From: a virus
IMG/VR virus record: IMGVR_UViG_3300046323_000673
Coordinates: 1-64,000 of that record
DNA length: 64,000 nt
Strand: one strand, 5' to 3'
Position numbers and translations under genes: made by a program
The notes under the pieces: generated by a model
Databases searched by the model: none
The model's input: only the letters and a program-made list of their open reading frames with translations
Told to the model about the DNA's origin: nothing
Shown here: piece by piece, positions 39,165 to 48,652 of the stretch
How the letters are laid out: every line of letters begins with the position of its first letter
Numbering within the stretch: the stretch's first letter is position 1

Positions 39165-41144
39165 ATGGCGAAAACCACCGAAGTCAAAGTGAAGTTAAAA
39201 GTCGAGGACGGTGGTTCGTCCAGTGTCCTCGATCGAATCAAGAAGGGATTCTTCGGGGTCGAATCTGCTGAAAAGTTAGCCGAAAAATCGGCGAAAGATT
39301 TCGCCGAACAGTTCGTCGAGCAAAACAAAATCAAGGAACGAATCGATAAGGTCAAAGACTCGTTCCTTGATTTATCACGTAGCATTGCGGTATCTGCCAT
39401 CGAAGGGCAAAAAGCTGATAAGTCGATCGCTGGTTTGATCGCGATTGCACAGGGTTCGCAATGGTCCGCGGCGTATGAATCGGCGCAAGCGTTGAACGAT
39501 CAACTCGACGAAATCAGTGTGAAGGCGGGGCAAGCAGGCGATGACGTAGGAGCTGCATTCCAGGTCATGGCCGAAATCAGCGGCGCGACGGAAGGCGGCC
39601 TAGCGAAAGCGAAAGAGCAAACCGCGAGTCTTGCGACCATTGCCAATACGCTCGGGAAAAGCACGGCGGACATCGCGCGTGAATTCAGCTTCATGGGTGA
39701 AGGCGTCGTGAAGACCAAGGGGCAGCTTTTCCAGTTGCTTCAAACAACGGGAATCTTCGGGGACAAGACGAAAGATGCGTCGAATTATTGGGCAAGTTTG
39801 ACCGAAGAAAGCAGGCTTGAACAACTCTCGTCTGGGCTCGAAAAGGTCGCATCCAAGCTGAAGGATAGCGAGCCGGTGATCGGCGACTACCTCACGACGA
39901 TCGACAACTTGTTCGGTATGGCAAAAGAGAAGCTCGGGGAACCAATCATCAATTCGATGAAACCCGCACTTACCGACTTGATTGGACGATTGAAAGTCGC
40001 AATGCCCGCGATTGAAAAGTTCGGCATTGTCATGGGCAAAGAGATTAGTCATTGGGTCGATGACGCGGTGAAAGAGATTTCGGAGGGTTTCAAGTACATG
40101 GAAACCCACGCGGAAGAGATAAAGAACGCAATCGCAGAAGGGTACAAAACGGCGAAAGAAGTCGTGATGTTCATCCTCGATCACAAGGAAGAGATCGCGA
40201 TCGCGTTCGGTGCAAATGCAGTGTTGCCAGGACTTCGTGCGGGTGCAAGTGCCGCGGGTTCGCTCATTGATGCGAGTGCCAAGGGGATTGGACCATTGGC
40301 GGGCACGGGCGGGGGTATTGCAGCGGGTGCTGCAACAATGGTTGCGTTTGCCGCGGCGGTGGGTGCATTCGCATTGGTTGTCGATCAATGGGGCGAGTTG
40401 ATGGCGTCCACAGAAGGCGGCAAAAGCGAGGGGCAGCAAGACTTCGCGGCGTATCAACGGTCGTTTGAGCAACGTGCAGCAGCTCCCGATACGGGTGCAT
40501 GGGGCAAAGACGAAATGAAGGGGTTTGAGCAGCAGCGCGCAGCGTTCGTGCAGCTCGCGCAAGACCTGGGTGAAAACGCACGTGCGGCCGGGGAACTTGC
40601 TGATCGTGCATTCGCGGCGCACAAGGGTATGCGCGATATGGTTGGGCCCGTCGAAGAAGCGCAAAAGATGTTCGACAACTTCGCAAAAGCCCGTGCTGAA
40701 GGGATGATTCCCGATGAAGCGAGCATTGCGACGGCTGATTCATTGATCGGGCAAGTAGGTGCGAGCTTTACAAAAGCAATGGCGACGCACAACCAAGGGG
40801 CATCGCAATACATCGCGAACCTGCTTGCGAAAAGCGAGGGGTTGCAAGGTGCATTCCTCGCATCTGCTGATCTCACGAGTGAAGGGTTTGAAGCCCTCGC
40901 AAGCATGGTCGAAGGGCAATCGAAGGAGTTTGCTGATTTGCTTCGGGGAAGAGCAGGCGAAGGAAAGACCGCGCCGGCGACGCCTGCTGCACCCAAAGTG
41001 GTGATGACGGGCGGACAAACATTCCAAATCAAGCAGGACTTCCGCGATCAAGATCCCGACCGGGTTGCGATCATGTTCGAGCGGGATATTGGTCGGAGTA
41101 TTGAAAGGAAGTTGTCGGCGGGGTCGAACGTGTTTGGCGCCTAA
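39165..41144 (+). CDS. tape measure protein
   Basis: 659 aa helical, Ala/Glu/Lys-rich; VKVKLKVED start; position. Confidence 0.8.
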   Translation: MAKTTEVKVKLKVEDGGSSSVLDRIKKGFFGVESAEKLAEKSAKDFAEQFVEQNKIKERIDKVKDSFLDLSRSIAVSAIEGQKADKSIAGLIAIAQGSQWSAAYESAQALNDQLDEISVKAGQAGDDVGAAFQVMAEISGATEGGLAKAKEQTASLATIANTLGKSTADIAREFSFMGEGVVKTKGQLFQLLQTTGIFGDKTKDASNYWASLTEESRLEQLSSGLEKVASKLKDSEPVIGDYLTTIDNLFGMAKEKLGEPIINSMKPALTDLIGRLKVAMPAIEKFGIVMGKEISHWVDDAVKEISEGFKYMETHAEEIKNAIAEGYKTAKEVVMFILDHKEEIAIAFGANAVLPGLRAGASAAGSLIDASAKGIGPLAGTGGGIAAGAATMVAFAAAVGAFALVVDQWGELMASTEGGKSEGQQDFAAYQRSFEQRAAAPDTGAWGKDEMKGFEQQRAAFVQLAQDLGENARAAGELADRAFAAHKGMRDMVGPVEEAQKMFDNFAKARAEGMIPDEASIATADSLIGQVGASFTKAMATHNQGASQYIANLLAKSEGLQGAFLASADLTSEGFEALASMVEGQSKEFADLLRGRAGEGKTAPATPAAPKVVMTGGQTFQIKQDFRDQDPDRVAIMFERDIGRSIERKLSAGSNVFGA

Positions 41145-41344
41145 GAGTCAAACACGTCGCTTATTTTGAAAGCGTATCGCGAATTGACGACACGTTCATC
41201 TTCACGAACAAGCGCGCCGTGCCCATTTATGCAAGTTGCAGGCTCGCAACTTGTTTCATGAATACCCCTGCTTCCAGGTTCATACATAAGATCACGACGT
41301 GCTTTGTATCCGCACGTTTTGCAAACCAATGTGACGCGGGTCAT
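41141..41344 (-). CDS. antisense insert: small zinc-binding protein
   Basis: CKTCG...CINGHG; ATGA overlap. Confidence 0.6.
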   Translation of the reverse strand: MTRVTLVCKTCGYKARRDLMYEPGSRGIHETSCEPATCINGHGALVREDERVVNSRYAFKISDVFDS

Positions 41345-41697
41345 GACTGATGGGAACCGCGCGGGTCGTGTTGGCCTTCGGTGCCGAAGAAATCTTCCTG
41401 TACAAGTTCGTCCAGGAACTCATTGAATTGCTGGACGAACGTTTCCCGTTCGTCTTTCGATAATCCCAAGATCACGTCGAACAAGTACGCGGGATGTTTG
41501 ATGTTCGCAATTGATTGGTCAACGAACGTGCAACGCGACAAGTATTGTTGCAATGCGTTGGTCATCGACTGCTTCATTGCAAATCGTTCGTAGAGCAATG
41601 TGCTTGTAATGGGCGAATGTCTTTCCATTGCGAGAATGGCGACGAACACGCGGGCAAGGTTGGCGGTACTTGCGTACTTGAAATTGGCACGGGGCAT
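41341..41697 (-). CDS. antisense insert: hypothetical protein
   Basis: SD AGGAGG; C-terminal LDEL..EDFFGTEGQHDPRG. Confidence 0.7.
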   Translation of the reverse strand: MPRANFKYASTANLARVFVAILAMERHSPITSTLLYERFAMKQSMTNALQQYLSRCTFVDQSIANIKHPAYLFDVILGLSKDERETFVQQFNEFLDELVQEDFFGTEGQHDPRGSHQS

Positions 41698-41732
41698 GAG
41701 ATGAAACCTCCTGCCCTCGTCATGCCGCGCGT

Positions 41733-41945
41733 TCAGTGTCGTCGTTTGCTTGGCTTTCCTTTCCGACGATTGCGTGCAAGGTTTGCACGCTTCTCGCGAC
41801 GATTGCGAATGCGGGGTTGATTAGGTGATGGCTTATCAGGCGCGAAGTTTGTAACAACATGACCTTGCAACATTGCGTGCCGTTCGGCTTCTGCCATCGG
41901 GTCGAATTCATCAACGATAAACTTGGTGGGTGTGGTGTTATCCAT
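41733..41945 (-). CDS. antisense insert: small basic protein
   Basis: CATGAT-N7-ATG adjacent to palindrome copy 12; Arg/Lys-rich tail. Confidence 0.6.
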   Translation of the reverse strand: MDNTTPTKFIVDEFDPMAEAERHAMLQGHVVTNFAPDKPSPNQPRIRNRREKRANLARNRRKGKPSKRRH

Positions 41946-41961
41946 GTTCGACATCATGCAC

Positions 41962-41991
41962 AAATCCAATTGGATCGATCCAATTGGATTT
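41962..41991. repeat. 30-bp nested palindrome, copy 12
   Basis: Exact; between divergent genes. Confidence 0.97.
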
Positions 41992-42065
41992 CACGCTCTC
42001 CCACGCGTGATGGTACACTCGCCACGTAAGCGCCCCCCACGGGCACATAGGAGGCACGGAAGCAC

Positions 42066-42764
42066 ATGCAGCACATGCATTTCGATTGGACGATGATCAC
42101 GCCCGAAGAAGCGGGCGCGCTGGAAGAAGCAGCGGTGACAGCTCTTGATGCAGGCGAGTTTGGTTTGACCGAAATGCCCGCTGAACTCATGACGACGGGT
42201 GAAGAAGTTGTCGAGGAAGCCCTCGAAACGGTCGAAGACGAAAACGCCGAAAGCATCGAAGAACAGGCCGAAGAAGCAATCGAAGGGGAAGAATTGCACG
42301 CGGGCGAGATCGACCCGACCGTGCTAGGCGAGATCGCTTCTGCGTGCGCTGACAAGGCCGAAGAAGCCGCGACGAAAGCGGAAGAAGCTGCTGAACTCGC
42401 GGATGATTCCGAGCTTGAAGGCGTCGATCCCAAGGAAGCCAAGACAGCAGCGGAAGATGCACGTGAAGCCGCTGATGCAGCTCGTGAAGCAGCCGATGAA
42501 GCTGAGAAAGCAGTCGCGGATGAAGATTATGGGAAGGCTCTTGAGCTTTACATGACGGCTGCCGAAGAAGCGGCGACGGCGGAAGAAGCGTGCACCGTTG
42601 CGTGTGCAGCCGCAAAGATGAACCAACAACCGCCTGTTGCAGCAGCACCGAGTGGCGACAAGGGTGCAGCAGCGAAAGCCGCTCCTACGCCCCCTGCAAC
42701 GCCCGCAAAGTCCAAGCCTGCAAAGGGCATGGCGGGTTGGGCCGATCGCGTACTTGCAGCCTAG
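42066..42764 (+). CDS. highly acidic Ala/Glu-rich protein
   Basis: 232 aa, SD AGGAGG. Confidence 0.75.
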   Translation: MQHMHFDWTMITPEEAGALEEAAVTALDAGEFGLTEMPAELMTTGEEVVEEALETVEDENAESIEEQAEEAIEGEELHAGEIDPTVLGEIASACADKAEEAATKAEEAAELADDSELEGVDPKEAKTAAEDAREAADAAREAADEAEKAVADEDYGKALELYMTAAEEAATAEEACTVACAAAKMNQQPPVAAAPSGDKGAAAKAAPTPPATPAKSKPAKGMAGWADRVLAA

Positions 42765-43069
42765 CTTCGGTGTCTGCGTTCCAAAGCATCGTGAAAGCGT
42801 CGTTTCGCTTCACGATGCTTTGCATCTGCTTCATCGGCTTCGCGACGTAGCTTGTCGATATCAATGGGAACAACGTTCATTTCGATGAACTTCTGAACAT
42901 CCTCGTTCAGTTTGCCAGTATCGTCAAACAAGCGAGCGATCAAACTTTCAGCACGTAATCCCAGAATGTCAGACGTGTTTGACCTGAGTTCGACAGAATG
43001 AAGTTCCTGTCTGATGCCGAGTTCCGAATTGATGCCTGTGATTTTGAACGTGATATCGATTCTTTGCAT
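42761..43069 (-). CDS. antisense insert: hypothetical protein
   Basis: 102 aa; CATGAT-N6-ATG adjacent to palindrome copy 13. Confidence 0.65.
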   Translation of the reverse strand: MQRIDITFKITGINSELGIRQELHSVELRSNTSDILGLRAESLIARLFDDTGKLNEDVQKFIEMNVVPIDIDKLRREADEADAKHREAKRRFHDALERRHRS

Positions 43070-43089
43070 ACGTCGATCATGCCGTGACG

Positions 43090-43119
43090 AAATCCAATTG
43101 GATCAACCCAATTGGATCT
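43090..43119. repeat. 30-bp nested palindrome, copy 13 (3 mismatches)
   Basis: AAATCCAATTGGATCAACCCAATTGGATCT. Confidence 0.9.
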
Positions 43120-43138
43120 CACGTGATACCCTTCCCAC

Positions 43139-44341
43139 GTGAGCAGCATCGTCATCGAAGAACTCGAGGGGCAGAAGCGCACTTTAACCTTGAACGGCCC
43201 GGCATTGCCCCTTCGCGGCGCAACATGGGGCGGCGAGATGCGCCTCGTGACTGCGTTCCCACCAGGGCGGGGCGGTGAAGCAACGCAGCAGGTTCTAGGC
43301 ATCACGGAAGCCCCTAGCGAATGGGAGGGCACGTGGAACACGACGCGCATGGTTGCAGCTCCGTCAGTTCTTCGTTCGTCAGGGCAGAACCAAGGCATCA
43401 CACGCGCGTTCACGCTCATGACGGTGTTCGAGGAAATCATCCGCGCCGGTTCTCTCTTGCGCGTTACGTGGGCAACGGAGAACCGAAAGCTCGAGCGCGA
43501 GGGTCGGGTTGGGAGTTTCAAGTTTCCCATCGACCGCGAAGACGATATTCGGTGGAACGCGTCGTTCGTTTGGACATCACGTGGTTCGGGCAATTCGGTC
43601 ACGCCCGTCGCGCAAGCTGAAGAAGATATCGAAGCGTCACTGCGCGCAATCAATGGCACCTTGGCGGATATCCAAAGCGTGATCGTTGGTTCGCCCGTGC
43701 AGAGCATCACGCCAACCACACCGAACGGCGCATCGTTTCTCACGCTTGGGCAGCTCGAACAAATCGCGAGTGCACCCCGCAACTTCGCCGACCAAATCGG
43801 AAACACGGTTGTGTTTCTGCAATCAAATGTTTCACGCGCGATCGGCGTGGTCGAAACAATACGGGCACAACCGTCGCAGGTTGCGGAAATTGCATCGACG
43901 ACATCGCAACAAGTGCAAACCGAAATGCTCGATATTCGCAAACGACTAGGGCGCATTCCCCCCGAGACGTTGGTTGAGCCGGGTTCGTCCGTTTCAACAG
44001 TTGCGCGCACGTCAGCATATTTCGCGAGCATCGGGGGCAAGACGAACAAGACGATTCAGCAAACGATCGCGGTGCAGAACGCGGCACGAAAGAACGTGCG
44101 GGCGGGGGATGCGCGTAGGGGTCAAGATCGCGCCGATCCATCGAACGTGATCGAAACGATATTTGCACGCGCGGGCGATACGTTCGCGGGGTTGTCGATG
44201 AAGTATTACGGGTCGGCTGATTTGGCGGCGCAACTCGCGCGGGCGAATGGGTTTCCCGCGTATCAAGTCGCGCCCCCGGTGGGAAAGCGGCTCATCATCC
44301 CCGAATTCACAAGCTCGGATGGTCCGCAGAAATCGAGCTAG
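43139..44341 (+). CDS. tail tube initiator/baseplate protein with C-terminal LysM-like domain
   Basis: RAGDTFAGLSMKYYGSADLAAQLARANG...GKRLIIP; follows tape measure. Confidence 0.75.
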   Translation: MSSIVIEELEGQKRTLTLNGPALPLRGATWGGEMRLVTAFPPGRGGEATQQVLGITEAPSEWEGTWNTTRMVAAPSVLRSSGQNQGITRAFTLMTVFEEIIRAGSLLRVTWATENRKLEREGRVGSFKFPIDREDDIRWNASFVWTSRGSGNSVTPVAQAEEDIEASLRAINGTLADIQSVIVGSPVQSITPTTPNGASFLTLGQLEQIASAPRNFADQIGNTVVFLQSNVSRAIGVVETIRAQPSQVAEIASTTSQQVQTEMLDIRKRLGRIPPETLVEPGSSVSTVARTSAYFASIGGKTNKTIQQTIAVQNAARKNVRAGDARRGQDRADPSNVIETIFARAGDTFAGLSMKYYGSADLAAQLARANGFPAYQVAPPVGKRLIIPEFTSSDGPQKSS

Positions 44342-44595
44342 TTCGAATTGGAATCAAGCAACGCAAGTTCGGCACGCATTGCAATCACATCGGCTTCGAT
44401 ATCTTTGATCGCCGATTTCAATGCGGTGCGCTTTGCTTCATTGATTTCTTGTGCACCGATTCGGCTCCCACGTGCATGCCAAACGTCAGTGCCCTTTTCA
44501 TTCGATATGCCAATCGGTTTGGTCGACTTGCCTTCCCAATACCAGATATCGAATTTTGGATTGATTGAACGATGGTTCCACATGCTCACCTTCAT
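44338..44595 (-). CDS. antisense insert: hypothetical protein (start may be 44583)
   Basis: 85 aa, begins next to palindrome copy 14. Confidence 0.65.
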   Translation of the reverse strand: MKVSMWNHRSINPKFDIWYWEGKSTKPIGISNEKGTDVWHARGSRIGAQEINEAKRTALKSAIKDIEADVIAMRAELALLDSNSN

Positions 44596-44604
44596 GCTGC
44601 ACCC

Positions 44605-44634
44605 AAATCCAATTGGATCGATCTAATTGGATTT
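44605..44634. repeat. 30-bp nested palindrome, copy 14 (1 mismatch)
   Basis: AAATCCAATTGGATCGATCTAATTGGATTT. Confidence 0.95.
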
Positions 44635-44653
44635 TGCCGTGTAACATAGGGAC

Positions 44654-46369
44654 ATGCCCGTTCGTGAGCAGCCCCGACAAAGCTACACCCCCCGCGCACG
44701 CCTCGAACTCATCATCCGTTTGGAAGACTTCGGGGACAAGGCGAACCCTGTCCCGCCTTCCCCGGTGATGCCTCCTCACTTACGCAGCGGGAAGAAGAAG
44801 GGCGGCACGAACGATGACAAGCTGCGTATCGAGCGCGAGGGCGATCGTTTGGTCCTGCGTTCACCCACCGCGGGCGATAACAAGGGCCCCCCGCAACAAC
44901 AGATCCGTAGCAGCGACAACCGCACGTTTCGACTCGACGGGCTTGTTCCATTGCGCGCAACTGTGAACCGCAACGGGCCACGCATGGCCGATACGCTTTC
45001 CCTCTCCGTCGACTTCGCAAGCTTGCCACTCGACCCGCGCGTGATTCGAAGCATCGCCGTGCAATTGTGGATCGGATGCATCACGCCCGAACAGCTTGCG
45101 GAAGAATCTCAGGGCAAACGAAAAACACCCTGTCCGGATACGTTCACCGATTCATTCGGACGAACGAGAAGCAACCTGCGATTCCAAGGATACGTCGATG
45201 ACTTCGAATGCACATTGAACGACGGCGCTCCTGAAGTGAACCTTGAATGCACCGACAACACGCGCATCCTGATTGATCAAGACGCGCCAGTGAAACTCAC
45301 GGTATCGGCTGATAAACCCCTCGACGAAGCAGTCGCCGACTACCTCTCGAACTTCCCGCAATTCGTGGGCCTTAGCGTTGAGTACAGGCCGGGGGGTGTG
45401 GCTGTTCCGAGCTTGGGTACTGCCCTTGCTAAAACCGCGTTTAAGCCAAAGCTAGGGCCTCCCCCGGCGGGCGGCGGCGCGGGTGGGAAAATGACGGTAT
45501 GGGATTACCTGACCGACATCGCGGGTTCGGTGGGCTTGCTTGTTCGGTTCGAGAATACGACCGTGATTCTGCAACGCCCTCGCACGTTCTACGCGGGGCG
45601 GGGACGTGCACGCCCTGATGATCCATTTCGTGGACGCATCTTGCCCACGGGAAGGCAGATTGATTCACGCCTGCTTGTGTATGGGCGCAACGTGGACGAA
45701 CTCGGGTTCAAACGTAAGTTTTCCCGGAACATCAGTACGAACGTGGAAGTGCGCTGTTATTCGCCCCGATTGGGCAAAACGTTGGTTGCTCGATACCCGG
45801 TTGGAAAATCGGATAGGCAAAACAAGCCTGTGCCCGGCGACAAGCAAGATACGTCGTGGAAGGTCGTCACGGTGTACGGCATTGAAGACGAACCCACGTT
45901 ACGCGTCGTTGCACAAGGCGTGTACGAGCAATTAGGCAGGGCTGAACTCACTGGCAAAGTCGTCACGAAGAACCTTGGCAGCTTTGGTGGAAGCAATAGC
46001 GATCCCGATTTACTCGATGTGCAAGCGGGTGATTCGGTCGTGATCGAAGTGCAGCGGGATGATCCGGCACTCACGGCAATGGGCGGGCAGGGCGGAAGCG
46101 GGAACGCGCAAGCATTTCTCGAACGGTTGGGATACCCGAGCGATTTTGCAACGGCGTATCAAAACGCGGTGACGAACATCGGATTACCGACGACGTTTCG
46201 TGTTCGTACCACGGCGATTGATTGGGATTTCGAGCAAGGTGTGACGCTCGATTACGAGGTGGTCAATTACGTGGAAGTGCGCGCGTCGAAGGAATTACCG
46301 GAAGGGGAAGAGATTCCCGATGTGGACCCCGCCGATCAACCGGATAGGGTCGCGGTTGAGAGCGAGTGA
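44654..46369 (+). CDS. baseplate hub protein (gpD/gp27-like)
   Basis: RFQGYVDD, LECTDNTRILID, TVWDYLTDIA, LVYGRNV; position before spike. Confidence 0.75.
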   Translation: MPVREQPRQSYTPRARLELIIRLEDFGDKANPVPPSPVMPPHLRSGKKKGGTNDDKLRIEREGDRLVLRSPTAGDNKGPPQQQIRSSDNRTFRLDGLVPLRATVNRNGPRMADTLSLSVDFASLPLDPRVIRSIAVQLWIGCITPEQLAEESQGKRKTPCPDTFTDSFGRTRSNLRFQGYVDDFECTLNDGAPEVNLECTDNTRILIDQDAPVKLTVSADKPLDEAVADYLSNFPQFVGLSVEYRPGGVAVPSLGTALAKTAFKPKLGPPPAGGGAGGKMTVWDYLTDIAGSVGLLVRFENTTVILQRPRTFYAGRGRARPDDPFRGRILPTGRQIDSRLLVYGRNVDELGFKRKFSRNISTNVEVRCYSPRLGKTLVARYPVGKSDRQNKPVPGDKQDTSWKVVTVYGIEDEPTLRVVAQGVYEQLGRAELTGKVVTKNLGSFGGSNSDPDLLDVQAGDSVVIEVQRDDPALTAMGGQGGSGNAQAFLERLGYPSDFATAYQNAVTNIGLPTTFRVRTTAIDWDFEQGVTLDYEVVNYVEVRASKELPEGEEIPDVDPADQPDRVAVESE

Positions 46370-46395
46370 TTTACTGTGATGATTGTCGTTTGTCC

Positions 46396-46590
46396 TTAAC
46401 GCAACACGATCTTTTTCTTTTGTGCGCCGGTAAATGGATTCACGACGAAGATCTCTTTATATACTCCAGGAAAGAACGCGTTGATAAACTCAAAACGTGT
46501 ACATTGCAATCTGACAATTTCTCCTGGTTTTGAATTGAGTAAGTTAAAACAATCACGTGATAGCTTTCCATTCGTAGAATCTTTAATCAC
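46396..46590 (-). CDS. antisense insert: small AT-rich hypothetical protein
   Basis: 64 aa in visibly AT-richer DNA left of palindrome copy 15. Confidence 0.55.
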   Translation of the reverse strand: MIKDSTNGKLSRDCFNLLNSKPGEIVRLQCTRFEFINAFFPGVYKEIFVVNPFTGAQKKKIVLR

Positions 46591-46648
46591 GGTTTGTCTC
46601 TTTCCTGTAATGGGTGGGTAGTATGCATGAATTTTTCATGCAGCACCC

Positions 46649-46678
46649 AAATCCAATCGGATCGATCCAATTGGATTT
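46649..46678. repeat. 30-bp nested palindrome, copy 15 (1 mismatch)
   Basis: AAATCCAATCGGATCGATCCAATTGGATTT. Confidence 0.95.
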
Positions 46679-46698
46679 CACCGTGATACAGGTAGGGC

Positions 46699-47730
46699 AT
46701 GCCCCCCCGACGACGACCACGCGCACGCCCGATGAACCTTCCCGATCTCGCAAACGCGATGAAGGGACCGGGCAACGACACGCGGCAATGGGTATCGTTT
46801 GGCCTGGTTGACGAGGTGCCCGTCGACTTCGATGTTGACCACGGCCCGCTCATATCAGTCATCTTGAAACCATCCGAAGTCGAGGTGGTTTGCCGAGTTG
46901 CGATGCAGGTAGGAGGCAATGGGGAGGGCGAGTATTACCCGTTCGTCGAAGGCGATGAAGTCATCGTGCTTGTCCCCGGCGGCAACGAACGAGGCGGATG
47001 CGTCATCGTCGGACGATTGCCCAACCAACGCACGCCATTCCCCCAAGGAAGCGTCGCGGGACAAGACCCATCGACGAATGCATTCGGGTTCCGCCGGACG
47101 AAAGCACCGTTCATCAGTGAAGCGGACGGGCCAATCCTTCAGCGACAAGCCAAGAGCGGCGCGTTCATTTCACTTGATGAAGCCGGTACGGCGACGATTG
47201 CGAATGGCGACAAGAGCGCGATGCAATTGTCGTCAGACGCGCTCACAATTCAATCGGGTGACGGCAACTCGATTGTGCAGCTCGACATCACGGGTGGACG
47301 CGCAACCGTGCAAAGTGGTTCGGCGGTGCTCACCCTCGCAAGTGCGACGGCTGTACCCGCGACAAGCTCGATCGTGACACCCAACGTGCTGCAATTCTCG
47401 ACGGCAGGGGCTCCCCCGGCGGAACACGTCATCACGACAGAAGCGGTCGTGAATCTTGTATCGGGCATCTTGAACACGTTGGGTGTTGCATTGACCGCAC
47501 TTGGCGCAACGCCGTTGACGGGTGCGGTACTTGGCGCGTTACTCGAAGATCCAGCGTTCTCGATTGCGTTAGCAGCGGCGATCCCAGTGATTGCACAACG
47601 GCAACAGAACAGCCTTGTTGCGCTCGCATTGGTTGCCGCGTTTAGCAATCCAACGGCGAAACCCCCGCCGGTGCCAGGTCAGGGACAGACGTCACCGGGA
47701 ATAGGCTGTACGGGGCTCTTGGCGGGGTAG
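46699..47730 (+). CDS. baseplate central spike (gpV/gp5 OB-fold)
   Basis: GNGEGEYYPFVEGDEVIVLVPGG...IVGRL OB-fold motif followed by beta-strand repeats. Confidence 0.8.
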   Translation: MPPRRRPRARPMNLPDLANAMKGPGNDTRQWVSFGLVDEVPVDFDVDHGPLISVILKPSEVEVVCRVAMQVGGNGEGEYYPFVEGDEVIVLVPGGNERGGCVIVGRLPNQRTPFPQGSVAGQDPSTNAFGFRRTKAPFISEADGPILQRQAKSGAFISLDEAGTATIANGDKSAMQLSSDALTIQSGDGNSIVQLDITGGRATVQSGSAVLTLASATAVPATSSIVTPNVLQFSTAGAPPAEHVITTEAVVNLVSGILNTLGVALTALGATPLTGAVLGALLEDPAFSIALAAAIPVIAQRQQNSLVALALVAAFSNPTAKPPPVPGQGQTSPGIGCTGLLAG

Positions 47731-47948
47731 GAACGAACGACTTTCCACGTGGGATCATTCGTCGCTTTGCGAAGCCAATTGCGTACGTAAATCGCGACCG
47801 ATTTCTTGCGATAAACCTGCCCGTCTTTGCGATGCTTGCTCCATTGATAACCACGCGCTGTTTCTAACGTGTATTGTCCTTTTCCGTTTTTAATGCGGAA
47901 CTTGGGCTTCTTATCCTTCATAACGTCATATTTGATCGCGCTGCTCAT
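47679..47948 (-). CDS. antisense insert: small basic protein
   Basis: MSSAIKYDVMKDKKPKFRIKNGKGQY...; CATGAT-N7-ATG upstream; 3' end overlaps spike gene. Confidence 0.5.
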   Translation of the reverse strand: MSSAIKYDVMKDKKPKFRIKNGKGQYTLETARGYQWSKHRKDGQVYRKKSVAIYVRNWLRKATNDPTWKVVRSYPAKSPVQPIPGDVCP

Positions 47949-47958
47949 ATCTGCGATC

Positions 47959-48276
47959 ATGGCACGCATGGGTCGTTCACCTTCACCCGATGCAGCACCC
48001 CCCGTTGAACAAGCAGCAGCAGCCGCAAACGCATCGTTTCTGCCATCACCGACAGGGCTTGAACTGTGCGGGTTCGCCTTGCCTGCAATCCCGGCGTTCC
48101 CTGGATTGCCCGCACTTCCGAGTCTCGACACGTTGTTTGCTTTCCCGCCCGCGTTCAGCTTCCCGATTCCGATGGTGTGCGGGTTGGCGGATAGTTTGGC
48201 GGGGAGCGTTGGGTATGGCGGGGGACGTACGCCGTCGCGGGTGGAAGCGATTGATCACGAATTCGATGGGGCGTGA
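47959..48276 (+). CDS. Pro-rich hypothetical protein
   Basis: Ala/Pro-rich ORF after spike. Confidence 0.55.
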   Translation: MARMGRSPSPDAAPPVEQAAAAANASFLPSPTGLELCGFALPAIPAFPGLPALPSLDTLFAFPPAFSFPIPMVCGLADSLAGSVGYGGGRTPSRVEAIDHEFDGA

Positions 48277-48277
48277 T

Positions 48278-48532
48278 TCACAAGTCGATGCAATCGGCGA
48301 CGCTAAAGCTACGTTCCGATTTCAATTGAGCTTTCAATCGTTCGACTTCTGCTTTCAAGGCATCACGTTCCATTGCCAATTCTACGATAACGCCTGGATA
48401 CACGTAGCCTTGGTATCCGTTAGGAATCAATTCAGGATGCACACAATCGGTCCGATAAGTCTTCAAAACATCAGCATCGATCGTCATTTGCATAGGAACA
48501 CCAAGTAAAGTTCCTGCCCATACAATTTTCAT
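48278..48532 (-). CDS. antisense insert: hypothetical protein
   Basis: SD GAGGT; ERDALKAEVERLKAQL coiled coil; next to palindrome copy 16. Confidence 0.65.
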   Translation of the reverse strand: MKIVWAGTLLGVPMQMTIDADVLKTYRTDCVHPELIPNGYQGYVYPGVIVELAMERDALKAEVERLKAQLKSERSFSVADCIDL

Positions 48533-48565
48533 GAAATCACCTCTTGTTCGCTTCATGCCACGACG

Positions 48566-48595
48566 AAATCCAATTGGATCGATCCAATTGGATTT
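48566..48595. repeat. 30-bp nested palindrome, copy 16
   Basis: Exact; between divergent genes. Confidence 0.97.
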
Positions 48596-48652
48596 CACCG
48601 ACAAAACCGATGATCCTTGACCCAACGCCCCAACTTGCACGACCCTGTACCC

